From Octopus vulgaris (taxonomy: Eukaryota), in the NCBI GenBank assembly GCA_951406725.2, contig OX597829.1, positions 33,914,001 to 33,978,000 of the forward strand: a stretch of 64,000 nt of DNA. Reading direction: 5' to 3'. Shown here piece by piece: positions 39,071 through 54,167 of this stretch (its first letter is position 1; each line of letters opens with the position of its first letter). The notes beneath the pieces were generated by a model that made no database searches, had not been told where the DNA came from, and saw only the letters and a list, made by a program, of their open reading frames with translations. The translations under genes were made by a program, and so were the position numbers.

Positions 39071-39456
39071 TTATTTAAAAATAATAATTGTTTTAATTTC
39101 TGCTAGAAATGAGAGTAGAAATCTATCATAATAATTTAAATATTCCTTCATTTCGATCATTCGTAAGAGCCAAGCCAAGTTATGCATTCCCTATTATTAG
39201 TTTAATTTTCAATCTCGCACTTAAATGTGCCTAAATCGAAATTATTCCAATTATTTAGACAATTTCAAACAAAACTACTTTTGGAGGTGGAGTTTTAGAA
39301 AAACGTTTATGACCTCATGGAGAAAGAAAAATGGTATGTCGGTTTGGGAGCAAAATGTTAATAAAAAAAAAAAAAAACTTTTGGGTAACTAAAGGAAAAC
39401 TATCCAGTTCCTTCGGTTTTTTGTCTTTTCTGTGACGCGATAGCTATTCCAAAATT

Positions 39457-39466
39457 CCGCCATTTT
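39457..39466. promoter_or_regulatory. YY1-type motif CCGCCATTTT in a CpG-retaining region
   Basis: Exact motif, with gtgacgcg and tacgtg nearby. No linked gene was identified. Confidence 0.3.
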
Positions 39467-42400
39467 ATTTTACGTGTTATTGTTTACATCATTATTGTCA
39501 GCCAATAAACAACTTGAAATATTTATTTGATAACTATTATTTACAGCGTTTAAAAGAAGTGTAACATTTCCCCTGGTAATTGTTTGTGTCCCCCCCCTCC
39601 TTCACCTTATTTTCGTTCACAGCAAGGACATTCTATTTGTCTAGAGATACGAGGGGTCAAAAGTTTTAACATTTTAAATATTCAGAGTTATTAACTTTAT
39701 TGTCTAGTGAAACGAATGAAATCATAAATGAGAATAAAAACTGGATTTCAAACATTGTTCATTTTAGCAGGTTTTTGATAAATGTTATATTTTTACGATC
39801 ATCCAGTACATTCTAAATATTTTACTGAGTTGATTTTTTTATTCTACAAAGATCGAAAATAAACTAGACTCATACGCAGTAGATACCATACACATCCTCC
39901 GATATGATCGAAGCTAGATCTTTCAAATATATGGTGCTCATTAACCACCAAAGTGAATCAGTTGCAACGTTTATAGGAGAGCGTGATTAATAGCAAATAC
40001 ATGGTGAGTTGAAGTTGGGTAAATAACAGAGAAGTTGGTTTCGTTAATAGAAAAAAGATTCAGGAAGTTAACAGTTGTGGATTACTGGAAAGCACTAGTC
40101 TCTCTAGATGATTATTACAATCACATTGTTAATTCTTTCATAAATTAATAAAACGACACAAAATCACTAAAAATGAAAATATTAAATTATATAAAATGAA
40201 AGAAAAATTAACGTTTGTAATGGAATTTTGTAATGCACTATAAAACTTAATTCCAACTCTAAACCATAACCCCAAAATGGTTTCAAACTGTTACCACAGG
40301 GAACAGTTCTTCTACTGGATGGCTTATAAGGAACGGATACTCTGACTAGTTAAAATTCCAAATTTTTTTAAATAGATTTCCCCAAAAAGTGGTTATGATT
40401 TTCATAAGTGGCATGAAAATCTATATCCATATATAAAATTTCCAAAGAAGTCAGAAATGTGTCAAATTAAAATCACCCAGAATTGATTTAAGAGATAAAG
40501 GTATTTAGCTGCTCACTGGTAAAGGTGGTGATGTTGATAGTCATCAACATAATAACTATATCTTTGCCATAGGGATTATGAACTGGGAGAGTTTGGCCTT
40601 AACATACCCAACAAGCAGGTTGATGCACTTAGTCCCCAGAAAAGAGAAGCAATTAATTAAGAGTAAGGACAAGTTAAGTGATGTGGAGGAAGGCAAGAGT
40701 GCTGGATTCAACCATAGTAAGAAGGACGTGAAAGCATTTTAAGACTAAGGGACCATCATAGTTGAGGATGACTATATAGAAGGGCAGAAAAAAGATTAGG
40801 AGTGAAGATGCAGTGCTGGTGGTTGGTGTCAAATGATAGGGGAAGGGTTGCAACCAAGGATGGGGAGAGTTGGTTATGGGTGCTTAGAGAAAAATTTAAT
40901 GAGGTATGTTGCAGACAGAGGGATGGGGTTAGTAAATAAATTCAAGTTTTGAATTCTCTGCAGGGAAGTATCCATTCAACTTGAACATCGGCTGAGATTT
41001 GTGAATCAACTAGTGTTGTTGGGCATAGTTTGTTGATTTTGGAAAAAAGAAAAGTACATAGTGAGAGTCACATATGGAACTTATTTACTATTAAATTAAT
41101 AACTCTATATCAGAAAATTATCAAAACAATACAGTTCAAAATAACTTTTATTTTTACAAAATATTTAAATACAGTTTCAAATTTATAGAAATAAAACCAT
41201 TGAAGGTAAACGTTATGTACATTCAATTTTGATATCTTTTTTATCTGTGAAATAAAAAAAACATTTCTGGCACATCTTTTTAAAGAGATCTGCGTTATAT
41301 ATAATTTAGGTTTTCAAGTTGTTATATAGATATTATGTTAAAATTATACTGAAACATATAAAATTGTATATCAACTTAAACATGCATTATAATTGAAAAG
41401 AATATGAAAAAAATGGTAAAGTATTTATTAACTTGCAATATAGTGGTTTATCTCTCAAGTTTAATTATAAACTTCTAAATATAAAATATAATCTCGTGAA
41501 GAATCAAACATTTTCAGTAAGACAGTATTAAAATTTATTTGCTAAATAATTATTGTAAACAATAACTGTAAAATCATCAAAAAATTGAAAATAGATAGTT
41601 TTTCTTCTGAGTACATAAAATAAACCTAATTCTTCGTAAGATCTACTTTGGCATTTCGGTTGTATTTTTATGTTGTTAGCAGTACTTTGTTACATACAAA
41701 CAGTAGGGTTAGTACTACTTCTGCTTGAGTGTAGTAGCAGTGTTTGTAAGAGCTAATGTAATTATGACATGTAGTTTATTTATCCTTATATATATAATAT
41801 CACTACTAGTATCTTACATTGGAAGTAACAATATCAATATATCAATGATACTAATAAAATGTGAAGTGTAGAGGTATTTTATTTGGTAAAGCTGGCTTTT
41901 TCTTTCTTTTTTTATAAAGAATATACTTAATCAAGTTTATCCCAGTACTCCTGGCAGAACAGAATGTTAATTTTATAAGAATTTTAAGACACTGATGTCG
42001 ATATAATGATGTCAGACCTGTATAATTGAACCACATAATAGTGATATCAATAATGTGGTTTTGGTTATGCTATATCTAGCATTTTCCCTTTGGTTTTAAA
42101 AATATGAAACTTCAATAGTAGAATCATAACCAAAATATTGATTGAATTGATTGGAACATATATAAGAAGATATAGAAATATTTGAAAAAAAACCGATTCT
42201 GTAAAAGATTTGACTTGAAGGTAGAAATTAAAGGCCACATTATTACAAATTGAAAACCTAAAAATCCATATCCACAAAGAAAACAAGATTGTGGACAAAA
42301 TATATAAAACTAAACATAGCAAGGGTAAATAGAATTTAAAATACTTTTCTCTTACAATACACCTGTGATACATCTACGCACAAAAACGAACACACATATA

Positions 42401-43930
42401 CACACATAATACAAAAAAAAGTTCGAGAGAATTTAGTTATTAACAACACAGTTAAGGAACTATTGTTAAATGAAGCTGAATGGTTAGAGGATTTAAGGTT
42501 TTGATGTCAGTGAAAATAACTAAAGCTAGTAAGTTAATGAATTACTCCTTGTTTAATGAAGACTACAAAATAAATGTTATAAAAGACTCAGGTGATTTCA
42601 GCTTAAAATTCTGTGCTCTCGCACAAGAAAAGAAATAACATTATCGATTTTTACATGGATCAACAAATTAAATTAGTTGAAAGATATCAGTTCAATTACA
42701 GAGTATCAAAACTTTCCTATTAAAAGCACAATGTGGATGGATTGGTCACAGTGTAATGAGTTTTTCTAAAATACTTAAGCAGATCTCATATAGTGAATAT
42801 CAGAGGTCTATGTGTATATGGTAGGTCTTTGTTTTATTTCAACGGCAAACTGAAGCACATGTAGATGAATGTTAAATCTTGGAATTCATGTCCACAAAAA
42901 CAAATTTCCTGGACACAGGCAATATAACTGTGAGAACAACTCATGCATATACTTTTGCTTTTTGTTAAAATCAAGGCCTTCTACATGATGTGTTAAGCCA
43001 CAAAATTATCACAACAGTTTAAAATTTCATACCCTCATAGAACACATTAGTCAACAATAGTCCATGAGTTGATAGCCATTTGAGCAACTGTCATATTATA
43101 AGTGACAGGGAACATCTATACCTTTACTCGACCTGATTGAAATAACAATAAAATTTCTCTCAAATTATACACTACCTATTTAAAAAAGTAAGGATATATT
43201 GAATAAGATAATCAAAGATACACAATATCAAAAGAAACATGATATGGTCATGTCAGGAATGTCTTTGATTGGGGCTAACTTGAATCTAAACAACAACAGC
43301 AATCATCGGTTAAGAGATGAAAGTGAACATCATTTTCCCTTATTTTATTAATGTCCTGAAAACATTTAACCTGACTGGATTTCAACTATGCTAGCTAATT
43401 CCCATTCACATCATTTCATCTACCTTAAAAACAAAACCTGTAAACTTTGTACCTTAATTAAAAGTAGTCTATGAGAAGTGAATGTTTGGAGTGTAAAAAA
43501 TATAATCTTGTCCAAATTCTTCAAACTTTGTCAATTTTTAAGGCTAATAAACTCTTCTGACAAATTCTGGGTTACTACTATTCCAGTACTAATAATAAAA
43601 ATTAGAAACAAAACAGTAAACAAACAACAATAAGCAACAAAACAAAAATTACACTATTTTCTAAATCATACATATCAGGCATGTGGAAGAGAAGTAGCAA
43701 TTAGAAATACCATTATGATCAAAATTAAATTGCAGTAAAACTTTTCATTTTACTTCCGTTATTTTTTATAATATTAATTTTAAAAAATTTGTTTTAAAAA
43801 TAAGCTTTTAAAATTATATATATATATATTTATCATGGTTTCTGTTTTTAATCAATTTAAACATTCATATTAAAAAATAAAATTTTGAAATGAAACTTAT
43901 CAAATATTTTACGTTATAGAACATGGCAGC

Positions 43931-44068
43931 TTAGTTTATTTCTTTAATAACTCTCACATGTTTTGCCAGTAATGCATATGTGTTACGAGCAGTTTTGATT
44001 TGTGTCTCAGCAAAAGAAATGAAGCCTTCTTGTGAATCTGTCAATCTTTGTCTTATGAAAGATTTCAG
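43931..44068 (-). CDS. SNX5/6/32-like sorting nexin, last coding exon (BAR helix 3)
   Basis: Acceptor tttttttcag|CTG; LKSFIRQRLTDSQEGFISFAETQIKTARNTYALLAKHVRVIKEIN*. Aligns by eye with SNX6 LIDFKTRRVAAFRKNLVELAELELKHAK. Confidence 0.85.
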   Translation of the reverse strand: MKSFIRQRLTDSQEGFISFAETQIKTARNTYALLAKHVRVIKEIN

Positions 44069-45869
44069 CTGAAAAAAAAAGGAAGAAATACTATAAAGAA
44101 AAATTACAATATATTTTGGTTCATCATTTGGAATTTATTGATAATAATTTCTAATGAAAACCCATTATTTAAAAAAATTTTAATTTGTCAACATTTAAAA
44201 TCTCAAAAGAATGAGGACATTCTGGTAGCTCACAGAACTACATGATTGAAAACAAGAACAAAGAAGATTATAGTAAATGTTAAAATCGATACAATTAAAT
44301 GAATGAAAATAGTCTGTTTGTCTCTCAAATGTCAAAATAATGTTGGAAAGGACCCACCTAATCCATGCAAGTCTAGAAAAGCAGATGTGAAAAATGATGA
44401 CGATGAGCATGTAGGTTAAGTATGTATATAGGTATGTGATATTACATTTATCAGATCCTTAAGAAACCATGCAAATTCATATTCGTGTATCTTTTAGGTT
44501 GCTTTTGGTAGACTGTCTTTGTTTCTGTGTTCCCTTTTTGCAGGATGAATTTTATGAGAATTATCTTTCAGTATTATGTATTCAAAAGGTAATAATAGAA
44601 TATAACCAATATGTGATTATCCAACAACAAAAAAATACTGATATTAAATCTCAGAAAGTTTGAAATAAGATAGATACAAAATAAGACCAAGCAAGACATT
44701 TGGTAACTTTGATTGAAATACTATGTCACATTGGATGTTTCATAGATTTCCATTGGTATTCTATTATCTATTTGCCTTAACTTTTATTAACAATTTCCAT
44801 TCCTTGATAACTTAATTTTCTCTTAGCAAATTAAGCTTTCTTGTAAATAGCTAATGTACCTCATATATATGTGAATCAGAAATTTTTCAAAAATATTGGT
44901 AGTCTGATTCAAGTTTCAGTTTTTACTGAAGTTGAAAATTAGTTGTGAAACTCTACCTGGGCAGCACACTTGGCTGTTCTTGCTCCCTGGATGAAATATC
45001 CTTCAGGTCTCTTGAGTCTCATGTCTGGTCCCAACATGGCATCACAAGGTGAACAAAAATTGCTGCATACTATTCATGTGTACTGACATTGCTCCTTTAC
45101 TCATGTGAGACATGAACCCTTTATAAACGTCATGGAAATTGAAGTTGTTTGAATTAAAAAATGGGACATTGTCTTTTGAGCCTGTGGGATGGAAGCTCTT
45201 GTGTGCTTATTATCTAATTGATGCATCCTTTCCTAGGAGAGAGAGACAGATAAAGAGTGGGAATCTTTTCTGTTGCTGTTACAGATTTTGAAATTTTGAT
45301 GTGAAAATTTTCATATTTGGTATAGTGATGCAATTTTTCATGCTGAATTTGATTTGGGGATTCATTTATTCCAGAAAAGTTTTAGAAGAATATGACAGAT
45401 GTTTAAAGTTTGATCATTTTTACCCAATCAGAAAACAGGATTCAGTAACTGGCATTTTCTGTGTGATAGCTGTCTATCACAAAATGAAAGCAAACCCTAC
45501 AGCAACGAATTTTTAAAGAAAATGAAAGCAATTACATGTCATATCAAGAGAGGTAGGGAGCAGAATGCATGAGAGATATACAGAAGAATGAGTGAGAGAG
45601 AGTGTGGTAGTTATATTTATAGAGAGGGAAAGCATGAAAGAAGATATGACAGATAGAAAGAAATAGATTTAGTGATCTAAGAGTTGAGTTATTTCTTGTA
45701 TCAAATAATATTTTTTGATTATTATTTACCAAAAATCTTTTCTTTGGGGTGCAGACTTTGAAAATCAAATCCATTTTTCTCAAGGATGCACCATTTCAGG
45801 GCTACACACACAAACATTCTCATTGAGAGAGAGAGACACACACACATACATATATACATATACACATGA

Positions 45870-46022
45870 TGACTTCTTTCAGCTTTCAGTTTCATTTACC
45901 AAATCCACTCATGAGGCTTTGCTTGGTATAGAGTTATAGCAGAAAACATTTACCCAAGATGCTATGCAGTGGGACTGAACCTGAGACTACATGACTAGGA
46001 AGCAAGCTTCTTAACCACACAG
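45870..46022 (-). mobile_element. SINE family A, 5' part, reverse
   Basis: tttaccaaatccactc...gcagtgggactgaacc...cttaaccaca. Confidence 0.75.
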
Positions 46023-47999
46023 CATAAAGCAATTTAGTTACAGATAGATATTTGCCTTTATAAAGTAAGGCTAATTACTGAAACTGAATATTTCTTTAAC
46101 AATATGGTTTCTAATGTACTTAAACTTATAGCTTGAAGATATCTCTGATTGGGATTTGAGTCAGATAATTATTTGTGGAGGAGATAAATTTACTGCCTAA
46201 GTCAGGAAAATAGAGATTAAAGATAATAAAAATAGCTGGATGGGTACTTTTGGGAAGACAGAATGTTGAGTATAGGGAGTGTGGAGAATTCCATAATGGC
46301 TAGGGAAAAAGTGAGAATCATCATTTTAATCCATTTTCTATGCTGGTATGGGTTGGATGGTTTGACAGGTTCTGATGAGTTACAGGGCTGCAACATGCTC
46401 CATCTTAGCTTTGGCATGGTTTCTATGCCTGGATACCCTTCTTAACACCAACTACTTTACAGTATGTGCTGGGTGTTTTTTGTGCCATTGGCACAATGGG
46501 ATTACCAAGTAACTTGCCAGACAGAAAAGGGGGAGAAGGAAAAAAGGGAAAAGGAAATGCTCTCTTGGCCAAGTGGTGGTGGTGGTGGTGGGATTGAGAA
46601 GGAAGATAGGTAATTTTTATGTCAAGGACATAGAGGTGATACATGTCAACTCTGCATTTATATAAGGGTGGGAGGAGTATCTGAGAAAAAGGTAAGATGG
46701 TGGTAATGAGGTACAAGAGCAAAACCCTCAAGAAGCAAGAGATGATATGGGCAGTGGATCAATGGGAGTGGGTAGTTACATGAGTGTGAGAGAATACCAG
46801 ATAGAGATTGGATGAGATGTGAATGCAGTGAATTATGAACAGGAGTGGAGGAGCAGCTTGATGGAAAATCTCAGTATGGACTGGGAGTAAGATAAGTGAG
46901 GCAGGGGTGCTTCAAGGATGATAGTTCAGGGAATAAATGATTAGCAAGGCATAGCAGATGTATATAAGTGGTAGCGTTAGTGAGTGTGTATAGTGACAGA
47001 CACAGCAGAGAGGGTGTTGGAAATGTTAGCCAATACAGTCCTATCTGCTTTCTTGCTTACTTGAACCTTGGTCTTTGTTAAGACAACCTTGAGTTGCAAG
47101 AAAGACAAAATGTAGAAAAGTAGGAAGGAAACTTCCATTTTATCCTCAGTTATAAGGTAAAAGCACACAGGTGAGTATCATGTAGATGTCACCTTCAAAT
47201 ATTAATTCTGAGTTTAGGAAAGCAAGAAAATAAACATGATACCAATGTTTACAAAAATTTTCTTCATCATTTTTGATGTATTCAACATGGATTTATTCTA
47301 AATTTTATATATAATTTAACAATCATTGTAATTGATGGATTCCTAAATTTAATAGGCATCAAATATTGAAGTACTTTCCAGTTGATTTTCTTAATGTTTC
47401 TTAGATAGCTATAAGGAAGTGAATGTAGCTTGCTCAACTTAAGAGTTGTAAAGTGATTTGAAAAATTAAGTGTGCAGTAACCTATGCAGGTATTTTATAA
47501 GCTAATATTCAACCTTTTCTTGACCATATTTTAGTGAAAGACACTGCCATATGTTTCAATTAATATAGCAAACAATAAAAAAATTTGGAAGGATTCACTA
47601 AAATAATTAACTTTCAAAACATTATAAAGCTGGTATTTTGAACATAACAAAATTATCATGTAAAATTATGTTGAAAGGTTTTAATTCACATATGAATGCT
47701 TTAGAATAAATTATAAATCACAAAACCATAAGTAGTCTCAGATGTCAAAAAGGTTAAACTACAATCTAAAATGGTGGTAAGATACTCCAAATATCCTATG
47801 GTATTATTCAGGTATTTATTATTTTGCCCTGAAAAGATAGTAAGGTAGCAGAATGGGAAAATGCTAGAATATAGACTTGTAATTTCATACTCCACCTATC
47901 CATTTTCTTCGCCCACTATTCCTGAGAAGGCTACCATCTCCATAGGCTTCTGTCAGAAGCAACCATTATTACACTTTTCGGCTGGATTCCTATGTGACC

Positions 48000-49390
48000 A
48001 ACTAAGAGTATGGATACTACCCCAGCATCTCAATCTTGGTCTACTCCTAGTTCTCCTGTCAGTTGACTTCGCTTGAAGAATCTGTCTTGTGATTTTTTCC
48101 AGCAGCATTCTAACCACATGTCCATAGTATCAGAACTGTGATCTCCCAATGAGAAGTAACAGCTCAACCTGGAGAGACTCCCTGATCTCTGAGCTACCAC
48201 AACCTGTTTAATAACATTGATCCAGAGATCCTTTGAAGGAATCCTGTTTGAGTCACTTGACTTTGTGATCATATTTTTTTAGTCATTACCCAACATTTAT
48301 GACCATAGGTGAGGATAGGCACGTAAACTAAATTGAAGGTACCAAGTTTAGCTTTTTTTTTTTACCAAATTCTCCTCTTCTGAGGACTGAATGCTGAAAC
48401 TGGAATGCTACTGTACTAGCACCTGCAACCCTAGCATCACTTCAGCCTCTACTTGTCAATATGAACCTTGAGATACTTTATCTTCTCCACTTGTCACAGT
48501 AAAGTTCCACTAATATGCAGAATGAGGGGAACTATGTCACTTAGTTCTCATCTCTGTCTTGAAGTATTTAGCGGTGAACCCATTCAGTGCATGCTGGAGA
48601 TCACCTTTTGATTATCCAAATAGAACCATGGCATCTACAAATATCAGCTGACTGATCCTATACCCACCAATTGTGGTATCATTCCCACGACAGCTGTGCA
48701 TGTCAATCCAATTCATGAAAATTATGAAAAGTAGAGGTGACAGTATACATACTGCTGAAGTCCAACATCCACTTTGAAATGTTCTGACTAAACACCATTT
48801 ACCTGAACACAAATATCTGGATATTCATATAGGAACTTCATGGCAACTGGAAGTCGCCCATTAACATCAAACTTTTGCAAAATCCTCCACAACATATCCT
48901 ATGGCATGTGATCATATGCCTTATCAAGGTCTACAAAGCACACACCTCTTGACAATATTCCAATGACTTATTGAAGATCTGCAATAGAGTGAGTATCTGG
49001 TAGGTTGTGCTGCATCCAGGATAGAAGCCACACTGCTCTTCAGCTACCTTGAGCTTAATTTCCTTAACATCTCTTTTCCCAATACCTAGCATAGACTTTA
49101 CAAGGGAGGCTCAAGAAGGAGATTCCTCTATAATTAGGGCACTCTCTTTTGTCTCTCATTAAAAATTGGAATTATTTCCCAAATAGTTATTGCTTTAATG
49201 TCTTTCCAATGTCCAAGTCACCTCTTATACATGAGTCAACCAGAGAAATACTTTCTCCATTTAAGGCTTTTAACATCTCTGGCTCTATTTCATCCTCACT
49301 GGCAGCCTTGCCACATTTGAGTGTTTTAATTGTCTTTATGACTTCAGCTTCTGTGAGTTTCAACTTTTTCCCAAGATGCACTTCATTTCA
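48000..49390 (-). mobile_element. Old RTE-like LINE relic (intronic)
   Basis: EAEVIKTIKTLKCGKAASEDEIEPEMLK and ILSPLLFIIFMNWID fragments. Confidence 0.75.
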
Positions 49391-49697
49391 TACTTTTGAA
49401 TTCCAATTAATAAAATAAATTATATATAGCTTTTGATCAGGAAAGAAGTACTATCTCCACTGATAACATAATATTGAGTTTCTGTTTACACCTTTCTGTT
49501 GCTTGTGAGAAATCCTCTACTTCTAATAGGAATAGGATTTTCCTTTCCTATTCATATCATTTTATTAGTCTCTTACTATGACATGTTAGTGGATATTTAC
49601 CTTTCAACTTTACATCTAAATATAATTTTCTGCTATATTATTTATTCTTTGCATTTGCAAATATTATACTGTTGACATTGTTTGAAAAATAATTTAC

Positions 49698-49763
49698 CTC
49701 ATTCTGTGCAACTTCAGAACAACTTTCAAATGCTTTGCAAGAACTTTCCTTTTTTTCTTCAGC
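49698..49763 (-). CDS. SNX5/6/32-like exon
   Basis: tttgacag|GCT ... GAG|gtaaat; 66 nt, phase 0/0, AEEKKESSCKAFESCSEVAQNE (compare SNX6 AETSQQLCCQKFEKISESAKQE). Confidence 0.85.
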
Positions 49764-49899
49764 CTGTCAAATGGAGAGTGACACCATTTATTATAATAGA
49801 AACAAATGATATTCTTCAATAATAGTAAGAAAGTTTACAGGAAATTATAAAATAATGAGAATATGATAATTTTATGACAATTAATTATAATTTTTCATA

Positions 49900-50450
49900 G
49901 GAAGAATTTCAGCTCAACAACATTGCCTTCATTTAAATACTTCCAAGCAAGAGCTTGCTTGTAGATGACAGAAAAAAGTACATTTGCTTTTCTGGAAACC
50001 ATAATACTGTTATCATCAGAGAGGGGGTGGGGCAGAAGGATGTCATTGTTAATGGCTGTCTCTATCATCTTAGAAATTTTAAAAATAAGCGCTATCATGT
50101 GATAGTTGGCTGGCTTAGAGGGTTTGTCATTTTTAGAGATGAAACAAACTGTTGCATGTTTCCAAAAGTTAGGGTAGTTTCTGTAGAGAAGGAGAGACTG
50201 AAAAGTGATGAGGGTAAGGTTAGCTCTGTTTGAGGGTAATGGAAGGGACAAGTGGCCTTGCTGGTTTGGGCTGATATCAAATACTTTAATCTGTGGCATG
50301 TATATTTGCAATATGGTGAACCTAGAGAGGTGGAAGGTTTTAAATGTAAAAGAGATTTGCTAAACATGTGCAATGTTGACGTTGCAAAGTTGGTAATGAA
50401 GATGAAGGCTTTCTCTGCAGGGGTACTGTTCACAAAACTAACCGTCTTGT
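49900..50450 (-). mobile_element. Old CR1/Jockey-like LINE relic
   Basis: YPNFWKHATVCFISKNDKPSKPANYHMIALIFKISKMIE, a degenerate RT N-terminal block. Confidence 0.7.
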
Positions 50451-51219
50451 GAAATAGAGAGAAATAATGTTCTGCAAAATTGGTGGAAATTCTTTTGACA
50501 GAGGATGAAAGGACTGACTACAATCTGGAAGATAGAAGACCTTGAATTGTACAATGTATGACATCATCTTTTGCAATCTAAATTATGTATTTCTGGATAA
50601 TTGTCAGTTTTTGATGATGGGTGAGTTTTTCAGACACTCTAGGCTTTGCTTTTTGTGTAAAAAGCTTCAGCACAATATACGACACAAATATTTTATATGA
50701 CAAGGCAGATACTGTCAGTAGTATATGAAGAGGTGAAGATTCACTAGTCTCTTGTAAACCATACTATATCTGATAGTGTTTACTGACCAATTTCTAATTT
50801 ATTAACAGTAGTAGCTTCAAATTATTTTCCTCCTGCCAATCATTATTAACTTCATAGATAACACACCATTTATTCCATCTTTTCTTTTAAATCTAATATT
50901 TAAACCATAATTAACAATTATTATGAAATCTTGACTTCATACATTGTCAAGGATCTCTTCAACAGGATTTAGATAATCTGATAATATTTAAAGACACTAA
51001 GTCAGAAGTGTTATTTACAAACAACTCCATCATATCAAACATCACGTTTCCATGAATACCTTTCATTTTAAAGAATACTTGCCTTACTCCACGTATTTCA
51101 TTAGGAATTATTGAGATCCCATGTTTCATGATTTACTATTAATGAAGCTGTTCTTCTAAGGTAATTATTTATCTTCTGTGTCTCAGCTCATCTGTTTCAC
51201 CCACTTATTCATTGGGGGG

Positions 51220-52180
51220 CTATAGGGGCAGAATCCTCAAGCACACCTTCATAAGGTCCTGTCAGAAGAAACAGTCTCCAGTTGATCGGCTGATCAAGCA
51301 AGATCAACCAAGCTCAATGATGTTATCCAGCCATCTCATTCATGGTTTACCCCTAGGTCTCCTGCTGGTTGGTTTTGCCTGTAAAACTTGCCCAGCAATT
51401 CTTTCCTAAGACATTCTTACCAAGGTTCATTGTATTGGAGCTGTGATTTTTCAATTTGGAGAAGTAATGGCTCTATCTAGAGCACCTTTGTGATCTTTGA
51501 GCTATGCACTCTATTGTTACTCCAATTAGTATTCTCCAGTGATACTTGTGGCTGGCTGACTCATATGGCACAGATTGCCTGGATCTCTGGAAAGGCATTG
51601 ACAATTGAGAATGATAATCCCAATTTACAAAAAGGAGAACAAGAGAGATTGCTCTAATTATAGAGGAACCTTCTTGTTAAGCCTCCCCAGTAAAGTCTAT
51701 GCTGGATGTTTGGTGAAGAGATGAAAGGATGTTGTTGAGTCTAAGCTGGCTGACGAACAGTGTGGTTTGCACCCTGGATGCAGTACAGCCCACCCAAATA
51801 TTTACACCATGGTAGGTTTTTGAGAAACTGTGGAGGTATAGTCAAGAGGTGTATGCTTGCTTCATAGACTTCAGAAAGGCATATGACTATATTCTATTGG
51901 ACTTGTTGTGGAAGGTTCTGCAGGAATATGGGATCAATAGACAGCTTCCTGTTGCTTTGAAGTCCCTAGAGGAATACCCTAATATTTGTGGTTGGATAAA
52001 TGGTGCTAAGCCAAAGCCATTCAATGTGGGTGTTGCATCCTATTAGGGGTGCATTCTGTTACCTCTCCTATTCATAATCTTTATGAACAAGATTTCATGC
52101 ACAGCTGGATTATAAGTGGTATTGAGACCTGCAAGTGTAGGATCAGTCAGCTGGAATTTTCAAATGACATGGTATTATTC
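51220..52180. mobile_element. Old RTE-like LINE fragments in both orientations
   Basis: Plus-strand YACFIDFRKAYD...LWKVLQEYG (51849). 51220-51540 resembles a minus-strand 3' part (GKTNQQET/PRGKP-like). Confidence 0.7.
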
Positions 52181-52313
52181 TCTTTGTCATTTTCTAAAAA
52201 TATCTACCAATGTTTAAAAAAAAAAACAAGTGAAATTTGGTTTCATACCAGTTGTCTTTAATTTTGTTAATTCTCTTTTGATTCTTATAGAAAACAGAAA
52301 CCAAGAAACTTAC

Positions 52314-52403
52314 TTGTTGTTTTTTCGGGGGTTTTGCCTTTTCCAACAATCGATTAGCATTTTCAAAATCAACAAGGAGACATGTACGCCGGAATAACAT
52401 CTC
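52314..52403 (-). CDS. SNX5/6/32-like exon
   Basis: ttttgtag|GAG ... CAA|gtaagt; 90 nt, EMLFRRTCLLVDFENANRLLEKAKPPKKQQ (compare SNX5/6 DLLYRR...DYENANKALDKAR). Confidence 0.9.
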
Positions 52404-54167
52404 CTACAAAACCAACAAAATGTAGAAACATGTAGATAAAAACAACTTAATAAAGACACTTCTGTTTGAAAGCTTAATTTAGTTAGATCACAAGTAGAAG
52501 TGACAACTTTTTTAGATGTCTCTGAACTAGATGAAAAAGAAAGTTGTTATTTTAACATGAATTGGGGTCATTTTGAACTTATGAAGTGCAATTATTGTGT
52601 ACGTGTGTGCATAGAAAGAAATAGAAAATTGCTTTGAAAATGAATTAACTAATTTAAAAGGAATTCATCTCCAATATTATCAAAGCTAAAATATATTAAA
52701 ACAGCTAGAAATCAGATTGAAGTTACAAAACGTTAAGATATCCAGGTTTAAGATTTACTTGCTATCAGATATGTAAAGTTTTAAAGAAAACTTTGTGCTG
52801 ATTGGAAGATCCCAAGAGTATTTCCAGCTCATCATACTGTAGCTTAGAAAAATTTAATGGAATTTTATTTTTAGTTGCTGCATTTGAAAGAAGGAGTAAT
52901 GCTCATAGCCTTCACAAGCCTTCCTAGGTTGGTGAGATGATGCTACTATGTTCTTCTTTAACCTATGCAAAGTCAACACCTAGAGTAAAGATATGAGCAG
53001 GTATGCAGTTCCAGAGAGTTGGTGTTCTAGAAGGCAAGATTGAGTGTAGAGGAAGTTCAAGTAGGATGGGGCAGCCTAAATGTAGAAAATATAAACCCAA
53101 CCAGCTCTAATTTTAATAATAAGGCTTGATGAAATAATACTGGAGATAGATGTTCCACCTCTGAGGATTCATCCAATCTATGATAATGATATGTTATTAG
53201 TGGAAAAACACTTTATTAACCTTCTTGTACTTTGAGAATATGCCCTGACACCTCTACTACACCATTCTTTTTCCCTTTCTTATTGAGGTAGCCATGTATC
53301 TCATCTACAACATGACATCTGATCCTGTCCTTCCATCAATACCTAACACAAAGCCATCTACCTTAATACTGCACCTCTTGCCCCATTCTGTGAAGGAGTC
53401 ATCTCTTGCAAGTTACTTGGTGACCTCATTCGTGCTGGTGCTATAAAAAACAAAGCACCCAGTACACTCTGTAAAGTGACAGGTATTTGAAACAAGGCAT
53501 TGCATCAACTACATATCTGGTCTAAGATCTTCAGCAGGTTGACCCATAGAAACTTACAGAATACCTCTATTAATCTCTATCACCCTTTCCTTCTCATCAA
53601 ATGCTTCAAGTAGTAATTCCCTAAATTTCTGATGATTCAAAGTTAGAATTATTTGGGGAATAAATTATTCCTGAAACAATTTTAAGACAACCAGAGTTGT
53701 AAATTTACTCAGAAATTCTTCCACATTACTTTGATGTGTATTGTGGCATACAACCTTTGATAATAACATTCTAAAGTTGTCTCCCATATTTGCATATTTG
53801 AAATATTTTTTTCTTCCAGCATAATTTACTTTTAGTTAAGCTTTCCAAATTACCACAAACTTAACTACATATTTATGTATACATATGCACAAGATCTTTA
53901 AGACAAATAAATATTTTAAATCTATCAACTATTTTGACTCCTAATATATCTACCATCATACACTATTCTGCAACTTTTAACTTACACAAATTTTTCTCCA
54001 TTTAATAGGTAAAAAAAAGAAATACTGCAGTTGTAAAAGCACTTATATTAATCAGTTTCTGATAAAATATTTTTTTTAATGTGTCCGGGGAGAGTCATTC
54101 TCTTTTAGTGCCTTAATATTTAACACACACACCGGTAAAGTTTCCACTCATTTATTTATTTATTTTT

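Noticed and set aside
41851-42373. Hydrophobic minus-strand ORFs suggesting a membrane protein
   Set aside because: No recognisable motif. T-rich DNA yields F/I/L-rich frames by chance, and this may be sorting-nexin 3' UTR. An HMM search would be needed.
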